A stretch of 64,000 nt of DNA, from the NCBI GenBank assembly GCA_038736355.1, contig JAVYML010000003.1, positions 214,093 through 278,092 of the forward strand, written 5' to 3'. Of this stretch, positions 58,446 to 64,000 are shown one piece after another. The stretch comes from Candidatus Hadarchaeales archaeon. Lineage in GTDB: Archaea; Hadarchaeota; Hadarchaeia; Hadarchaeales; WYZ-LMO6. Under the pieces are notes generated by a model that ran no database searches, was not told the origin of the DNA, and was given only the letters and a program-made list of their open reading frames with translations. Both the position numbers and the translations under genes were made by a program. How positions within the stretch are numbered: position 1 is the stretch's first letter; every line of letters starts with the position of its first letter.

Positions 58446-58926
58446 GCCTCACCACCATGTTGCCGAGGTCTAGGGAGCCCACTACCATCTCCGTTACCCA
58501 AGCACTAACGTCATTCACCTTGATGGTGTCGGCAGTCACTGCGAAGCTCCTGCCACCATAGGGACCCACTCTCTGGTTGGTGGCCTTCATGCTTCCGGCT
58601 GAGAAGGTATCACACTTCATCAGTACTCCTGTCGAAACAGCCTGTGGACTTTCTATAATAGCTCTGATCTTCAAGCCGCCCAGGCTCATCTCCTTTACTA
58701 TTTGGAGATTGGAGATCGTGGCACTACCCAATTCCTGGAAGATCTTTCCTCCATAGTTGTCCATAGTGCCCACGTACATGTTGAGATTGCTCCCGTCGAT
58801 ACTGCCTGCTTTGAGTTCAAAGTCGTCCATGGGCAAAGCCAAACCCACTCCAGTCACCGCAGAGAAAACTACGACGCCCACCACAGACGCCAGCCCAGCC
58901 GCCGCCATTTTCCCGAACCCTTCCAT
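58432..58926 (-). CDS. DUF6230 family exported protein
   Basis: Hydrophobic leader ending GLALP; F.LKA..IDG, ATISNL, FAVTAD....DV........GSL.L resemble the DUF6230 pattern as I recall it; adjacent to a DUF6114 gene. Confidence 0.68.
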   Translation of the reverse strand: MEGFGKMAAAGLASVVGVVVFSAVTGVGLALPMDDFELKAGSIDGSNLNMYVGTMDNYGGKIFQELGSATISNLQIVKEMSLGGLKIRAIIESPQAVSTGVLMKCDTFSAGSMKATNQRVGPYGGRSFAVTADTIKVNDVSAWVTEMVVGSLDLGNMVVRLETS

Positions 58927-58964
58927 TTCTCTTCCCTCCTTTTCATTTTGTCATAGGAATTTTC

Positions 58965-59975
58965 CTATGACCCTGAAAGAGGCCTCCATGCATATGCATG
59001 ACCCCCAGCTGCTACACATAGGAGGGAGCCCAGAAAGGCTCCTCCCAACGTTCCTACCCAGGAAAGGGCAGCCATGATTACTAGGAAAAGACCCACTATT
59101 TTACAGGACTCCCTCCTTGGAAACATGAGCATGATGGCAGCCATAGCCAAGCACGAGCTCCCCAAAAACATTCCCCAGAAAACAAGAGAGGTATACATGT
59201 ATATGGGGAAGAACTTTAGAGGCACATACAGAATGGCCAGACCTCCCAACACTGCACAATAAATGGCCCAGAAGGGATACCTTTCCCTTAAGGAATCCCA
59301 ACGTGGTTTGAGCTTGGGTAAATGACCCAACAGGGGAGGAAGGAAAAGGGCCAGAACTACATATGGGAGGAGGGGGATGGCCCACATGATAGACAACAAG
59401 ATAATGAGGGGAGGAGCGGGCAAGAATCCCCCTATCGAGAAATCCAGATAGAAGAGGAAGGCTAAGAGGAGGGAAATACCTATGAGGGTTTGAGTTACCA
59501 CCCTACCGGTGGAAGCCAAGTCCTTTTGGATATAATCCATCACCACCAAGCCGATGAAAGCCAAGAGAAGGGTGGTCAGAAGAAAAGTCACGGCAAGGGT
59601 GAAGGAAAGGAGGGAATGGGTAATGTTATGATACCAAACGGTTATCGCACAACCGGCCAGGAGGATGGGAAAGATCAAATGCTTTTTGTTCCAGAAATTG
59701 AGGAAGCCCATACCTATTGTAATGGCCACGGAATTCCATTTCTCCTTCAGGTCTAGATGTGGGAGATGAAGATGGGGAAGGGAGGGAAGGCGGAGACGCC
59801 TTCCCCCAGCGTGCTCAGGGGTTGGGAGGCCCTCTGGGGAGGAGGGAGAAGCCTCTACGGTGGAACTTTCTATTCCCGGTTCGGATGTTTTCTCCACACT
59901 GGGGATTCCGCCGTCGCGATCGGTTCCACCACTCAACAGGGTTTTGAGAGATTCCGTTGCTTCCAGGATTCCCAC
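58965..59975 (-). CDS. Multi-pass membrane protein with C-terminal DUF6114 domain
   Basis: C-terminal ~110 aa: RERYPFW...LGG..ILY.P ... LSW.GTLGG..LG.LL...GG..YAWRP. Preceded by about four extra TM helices and a disordered S/E/P-rich N-terminus. Confidence 0.75.
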   Translation of the reverse strand: MGILEATESLKTLLSGGTDRDGGIPSVEKTSEPGIESSTVEASPSSPEGLPTPEHAGGRRLRLPSLPHLHLPHLDLKEKWNSVAITIGMGFLNFWNKKHLIFPILLAGCAITVWYHNITHSLLSFTLAVTFLLTTLLLAFIGLVVMDYIQKDLASTGRVVTQTLIGISLLLAFLFYLDFSIGGFLPAPPLIILLSIMWAIPLLPYVVLALFLPPLLGHLPKLKPRWDSLRERYPFWAIYCAVLGGLAILYVPLKFFPIYMYTSLVFWGMFLGSSCLAMAAIMLMFPRRESCKIVGLFLVIMAALSWVGTLGGAFLGSLLCVAAGGHAYAWRPLSGS

Positions 59976-59989
59976 CCGGATCCCCCCCT

Positions 59990-60319
59990 TTATTTGGAGG
60001 CTCCTTCCAACAACTTCTTTATCTCTTCCACGCTCCTGTCAAGTGCCGAGAGGAGTGCCCCACTGACGTCTTGGGGAGTCGTTTTTTCAAGGGTTTCCTC
60101 TATCATTTTCTCCAATTTCTCTTCCATCCTCTTCTTCGTCCTCTGGACTACCGAGGCCTTCAGTTCACCCATCTTGAGTTTGTCCAGTCCCTCCAAGATC
60201 GATTGCCTCAAAGTGGGCTCTATCAGCCCCTTCAGTTCTTCGGAAAGGCTTTGTTGTAGCTCCTTCCTTATTAATTCCGAGAGTTCGTCTTTCTCCATTT
60301 TCGTTCTAAGCTCTTCCAC
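59990..60319 (-). CDS. Small helical (coiled-coil-like) cytoplasmic protein
   Basis: 109 aa, E/K/L-rich, no TM segment; first gene of the DUF6114/DUF6230 operon. Confidence 0.65.
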   Translation of the reverse strand: MEELRTKMEKDELSELIRKELQQSLSEELKGLIEPTLRQSILEGLDKLKMGELKASVVQRTKKRMEEKLEKMIEETLEKTTPQDVSGALLSALDRSVEEIKKLLEGASK

Positions 60320-60390
60320 TTCCCCCCCATTTTTTTCTTTTTCAGGATACCCTAATATAAAGTTATGGTTTCAGGAAGAAAAAAAGGATA

Positions 60391-60418
60391 CACAGTGTAA
60401 CGATTTCGTAACACAGTG
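60391..60418. promoter_or_regulatory. 28-bp imperfect palindrome between divergent operons
   Basis: CACAGTGTAACGA-TT-TCGTAACACAGTG; 11 of 13 positions pair; directly followed by TTTTTAAAA. Confidence 0.6.
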
Positions 60419-60481
60419 GAATTTTTAAAAACAGTCCATTTGGAGGGAAAATTAATACTCCATGCATCTCAAAGAAAATGG

Positions 60482-61243
60482 ATGAAGCTAAACATTCCTA
60501 CCGAAAACGAGAGACTCAAAAAGCTCATTCAGAGAGTGGAAGAGGACAAAGAACTGGAAGAACTTTGGAGATGCTCTAACGTAAATGCCATAGACCGCCT
60601 AGGTTTCACCGATCACGGTCCCGTCCACGTAAAAATCGTTGCAAATGCAGCCCTCCGCCTCTCCCATTTATTGGAAGGGGTGGAAAAACCTGGAATAGTA
60701 AAGGATCACCATCTCCCGCAGGAGTATTCTGAAATCGTGGTTTTCCTAGCGGCTGTCCTACACGATTTGGGGATGGTGGTCCAAAGGGAAGAACACGAAA
60801 AATATAGTGTGGTGCTAGCTTATCATTTCCTTCAAAAACTTCTTTACGACTATCCTCCAGAAGAGAGAGCCATTATCTCCTCCGAGGTCCTCCATGCCAT
60901 CACCTCCCATTATTCTGGGGTCTGCCTCACCAAAGAAGCGGGAATCCTCTGCATAGCCGATGCACTGGATATGGAAAAAGGGAGGGCTAGAATCCCCTTC
61001 GATGCCGGAAAGGTCGACATCCACTCAGTTTCGGCCTTGGCCATAGAAAACGTGGAAGTCCTGAGGGGTGAGAAGAAACCTGTGGTCATAAGGATAAAGA
61101 TGTCCAACTCGGCCGGCATCTTCCAAGTGGATCAACTTCTGAGGGAAAGGATAAGGAAATCTGGATTGCAGGACTACATCGAGGTGATAGCGGAGATTTC
61201 CGAAACGGAGAAAAAAATTCTCCACCGCTTTGAGCTGAGGTGA
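60482..61243 (+). CDS. HD-superfamily phosphohydrolase (COG3294-like)
   Basis: RLGFTDHGPVH, LHDLG, ADALDM..GRARIP, IH.VSA.AI, AGIFQVD. Start trimmed to ATG 60482. Confidence 0.85.
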   Translation: MKLNIPTENERLKKLIQRVEEDKELEELWRCSNVNAIDRLGFTDHGPVHVKIVANAALRLSHLLEGVEKPGIVKDHHLPQEYSEIVVFLAAVLHDLGMVVQREEHEKYSVVLAYHFLQKLLYDYPPEERAIISSEVLHAITSHYSGVCLTKEAGILCIADALDMEKGRARIPFDAGKVDIHSVSALAIENVEVLRGEKKPVVIRIKMSNSAGIFQVDQLLRERIRKSGLQDYIEVIAEISETEKKILHRFELR

Positions 61244-61246
61244 GGG

Positions 61247-61984
61247 ATGTACATCTTGGTTCCTCTCAAGCAAGCGGAAATTGTTGCCCCCATGGGAATA
61301 GGCATGCTAATGGGGGATATGACTCAGCGAGTGACGGCACCGGTCTATATCTGGTACGTGGAAGGTAGCGAGAGAAAAATTATAGTGGACGCGGGAGTAG
61401 GTACCTCAAAGCATGAAGACCTAGAGGTGAGAGGGGGAGGAGAAAAAGGTCTGAGAAAGGCTCTGGAGGAAGTGAGAATTTCTCCCAAAGAAGTGGAGAT
61501 ACTCATCCTCACCCATCTCCACTTCGATCATGTGGCCTGTGTCAGGCTTTTCGAAAACGCAAGGATTTACGTCCAGAAGAAGGAATGGGAGACCGCCCTT
61601 TCCCCTCTTCCCCCCCTCCGTCCCTTCTACGACCAAAAACTCCTAGAACCTCTCGAAAGGATGGATTTGGTACTGGTGGAGGGGGATCATGAGATAGAAA
61701 AGGGATTGACCCTCCTTCACCTACCGGGTCACACAGAAGGGATGCAAGGACTGGCCTTTCACACGAGGAAAGGGACGGCGGTCTTGGCCTCCGACCTCCT
61801 CTATACCTATCTCAATCTCCACTCTCCCTTTTCTTATACTCCATTCTATCCGCCAGCTATTATCGTGGACCTGCGGGAGTGGTTTTGGAGCGTGGGAAAA
61901 GCTCTGAGAACCGCTTCAAGCAGGGAGTTGGTATACCCCGGTCATGAGCCCTCCCTAGAGGGAAAGAGACTTCCAGAGGTGTGA
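61247..61984 (+). CDS. N-acyl homoserine lactonase-like MBL-fold hydrolase
   Basis: LTHLHFDH, PGHT.G.Q, ASD..Y, PGHE. Confidence 0.82.
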   Translation: MYILVPLKQAEIVAPMGIGMLMGDMTQRVTAPVYIWYVEGSERKIIVDAGVGTSKHEDLEVRGGGEKGLRKALEEVRISPKEVEILILTHLHFDHVACVRLFENARIYVQKKEWETALSPLPPLRPFYDQKLLEPLERMDLVLVEGDHEIEKGLTLLHLPGHTEGMQGLAFHTRKGTAVLASDLLYTYLNLHSPFSYTPFYPPAIIVDLREWFWSVGKALRTASSRELVYPGHEPSLEGKRLPEV

Positions 61985-61985
61985 A

Positions 61986-63155
61986 ATGGGAAAGGAAGGC
62001 TTCGAAAGGGTAGCGGTAATAGGGGCGGGGTCGATGGGACATGGAATAGCCGAACTTTTTGCCATGCACGGATATGAAGTGAACCTCGTGGACCTGAAGG
62101 AAGAAATTCTGCGGGAGGCCCTCAGGAAGATCGAAAAGAGTCTCGGGATGATAGGGGGATTGGAAGAGGATACTGGGGAAATCTTGGAAAGAATTCATCC
62201 AACCACCGACTTGGGAAAAGCCCTAGAAAAAGTGGATTTCGCCCTTGAAGCCGCTACGGAAAAGTTGGAATTAAAAAGGGAACTTTTCAGAAAAATGGAC
62301 AGATTTCTCCCCCACGAAGCCATTCTCTCCACCAACACTTCCTCCATAAGGATTTCCAGCCTAGCCGAAGTCACCTCCCGACCGGAGAGAGTGATTGGAA
62401 CCCATTTCGTTCACGCTCCCCAAAGAGTGGACGGTTTCATGCCCCCCCACTTTTCCATCCTCTTACCTCTGGTGGAGGTGGTCAAAACGGAATTCGTGCT
62501 TGGGGAAGTACTGGAACTAACGGTGGAACTGATGAAAGGGATAGGAAAGGTGCCGGAGGTGGTAAAGGATTCGCCCGCCTTCGTAGCCAACAGATTGCTG
62601 GTGAGGGGTGGTCTGGAGGCCTACCATGCTCTGGAAGAAGCCGATCCTTACGAGATAGACGCCTCCGCCATCTACGGTCTCGGCATGCCCCTGGGAATCT
62701 TCCAGCTCATAGATGTGATAGGTCTGGATGTGGCCCTCTATATCCTAGAATACCTACAGGTAGAGCTAGGAAGGGAGTATTCCCCACCCGAGGATCTCAA
62801 AGCACTGGTAGAGGAAGGATACTTGGGACAGAAAAGTGGAAGAGGTTTCTATGACTATTCCCAGGGAATACCGGAAGTGAAAAGAGAGGATTGGAAAACC
62901 TTTGATCCACTACGCTTGCTGGCACCCATGGTAAACGAGGTATGCGGGATGATTCAGGCGGGAATAACGAATGCCGACCAAGTGGAAAGGGTCTCCAGTC
63001 TCTCCTTCGTACCCAAGGGAATCTTCTCGCTCGCGGAAGAGTTTGGGGTGGAAAAAATCGTGAAAAAACTGGAAGAACTCAGACCGAAGGGAGAATGGTA
63101 TGAACCTTCCTCCCTTTTGCGGAAAATAGGGAGCTTCTCCGAACTTCAAACCTAA
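61986..63155 (+). CDS. 3-hydroxyacyl-CoA dehydrogenase family protein
   Basis: VIGAGSMGHGIA, EA..E...LK, TNTSS, GTHF...LVEV, FVANR, GLDV, GQKSGRGFY, duplicated C-terminal domain. Confidence 0.88.
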   Translation: MGKEGFERVAVIGAGSMGHGIAELFAMHGYEVNLVDLKEEILREALRKIEKSLGMIGGLEEDTGEILERIHPTTDLGKALEKVDFALEAATEKLELKRELFRKMDRFLPHEAILSTNTSSIRISSLAEVTSRPERVIGTHFVHAPQRVDGFMPPHFSILLPLVEVVKTEFVLGEVLELTVELMKGIGKVPEVVKDSPAFVANRLLVRGGLEAYHALEEADPYEIDASAIYGLGMPLGIFQLIDVIGLDVALYILEYLQVELGREYSPPEDLKALVEEGYLGQKSGRGFYDYSQGIPEVKREDWKTFDPLRLLAPMVNEVCGMIQAGITNADQVERVSSLSFVPKGIFSLAEEFGVEKIVKKLEELRPKGEWYEPSSLLRKIGSFSELQT

Positions 63156-64000
63156 GTAACAGCGGAAGCCCTCAATTTCTCCCAGTATCTCCTATTATAA
63201 GGACAACCTGGATCTGGAGCCTGTACATCCCCGAAGTATCCATATGCCCTAGCCCTACATCCCCCACACACATATCTATACTCACAACCTCCACATCCTT
63301 CCAAGGCATCCCTATCCCTTAGCTTCCATAGCACCTCTGAAGTCTCCCAAATCTCCTTCAACCTCCTTTCCTTCAGGTTTCCCAAAGGGATGGGCATGAA
63401 CACACATGGTACCACCTCTCCATCGGGTTGGAGACCACAATAGAGCCTACCCGCACCACATCCTCCCAAGAAATCCGCCAAGCTCCTCGTCTTACCCTGC
63501 AGGGCCCTGAGGGTTTCTTGACTGGCGAAGTGTGTGGGAACAGGCCCCAACCCTCCTTTTCCTTCAGCCATTTGAAGGGAAACCACGGAGAGTTGGGGGG
63601 CCGTGCTCAAACAGAAGAAACCCGTGCTCACCATCCTCTCGTAGAGGTGGCAGAGGAGTTCCCACCTCTCCTCTGGGGCAAGGTCCTCCTCCATTATTTC
63701 TTTCCCCCTCCCTACGGGAACATAGTTGAAAACCATCACCCTCTGGACCCCCAGCTCTTCCTTCACAAAGTCTATGAGGGAGGGAATCTCTTTGAGGTTC
63801 CAGCGGGTGGCGGTAATAGCCACGCAAGTATCCAAACCCTCTTCCACCGCGTTCCTTATTCCCTCACAAGTCTTTTTCCAAATTCCAGGTATCCCCCTGA
63901 AGCGATCGTGTGTCTCCTCAAAGCCATCCAGAGAAACCTCCACGTAATCCAAGATTTCCTTCATCTCTTTGCATTTCTCTCTCGTGAGGAGGGTCCCGTT
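63152..64000 (-). CDS. Radical SAM/SPASM domain protein, 5' end outside window
   Basis: Frame open to base 64000 (NGTLLT...); SLDG, CGAGRLYC...PDG.V.PC, CGGC....CGGCRARA...DPGC. Confidence 0.88.
   Translation of the reverse strand, partial: NGTLLTREKCKEMKEILDYVEVSLDGFEETHDRFRGIPGIWKKTCEGIRNAVEEGLDTCVAITATRWNLKEIPSLIDFVKEELGVQRVMVFNYVPVGRGKEIMEEDLAPEERWELLCHLYERMVSTGFFCLSTAPQLSVVSLQMAEGKGGLGPVPTHFASQETLRALQGKTRSLADFLGGCGAGRLYCGLQPDGEVVPCVFMPIPLGNLKERRLKEIWETSEVLWKLRDRDALEGCGGCEYRYVCGGCRARAYGYFGDVQAPDPGCPYNRRYWEKLRASAVT

Noticed and set aside
1..64000. CRISPR arrays, IS elements, rRNA genes, defence islands
   Set aside because: No regularly spaced repeats, transposase or cas motifs were seen, and no intergenic gap is large enough (all under about 170 bp).

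Overview
Gene-dense 64-kb archaeal chromosome segment. Archaeal markers include aIF-2beta, proteasome alpha, exosome Rrp4/41/42, L15e, L37ae, Rpo12, prefoldin, KEOPS Cgi121/Pcc1 and geranylgeranyl reductase. The Glu/Lys/Arg-rich proteins suggest a thermophile; a Hadarchaeota-like origin is only an impression. Most of the window is housekeeping: the 3' end of an intein-containing cdc48, tRNA-Ile(GAT), an argG-C-J-B-D-F operon, and an ilvBNCD-leuCDB-argH-argG2-serA block that runs into the exosome/proteasome superoperon. It also carries purD/purN, nikR/cooC, two GT4 glycosyltransferases and a DtxR-FeoA/feoB iron-uptake locus with its operator. I saw no CRISPR array, rRNA or transposase. The best candidate for an undescribed system is a four-gene cell-envelope operon at 57.9-60.3 kb: a small helical protein, a DUF6114 membrane protein and two exported DUF6230-like beta proteins. 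It shares a 28-bp palindrome with a divergent HD / lactonase / unusual hydroxyacyl dehydrogenase operon. Other oddities are a ubiquitin-like protein lacking the C-terminal GG, L15e truncated at both ends, probable CTG start codons, duplicate argG and a BKACE-crotonase pair. All family calls come from motif recognition by eye; no searches were run.
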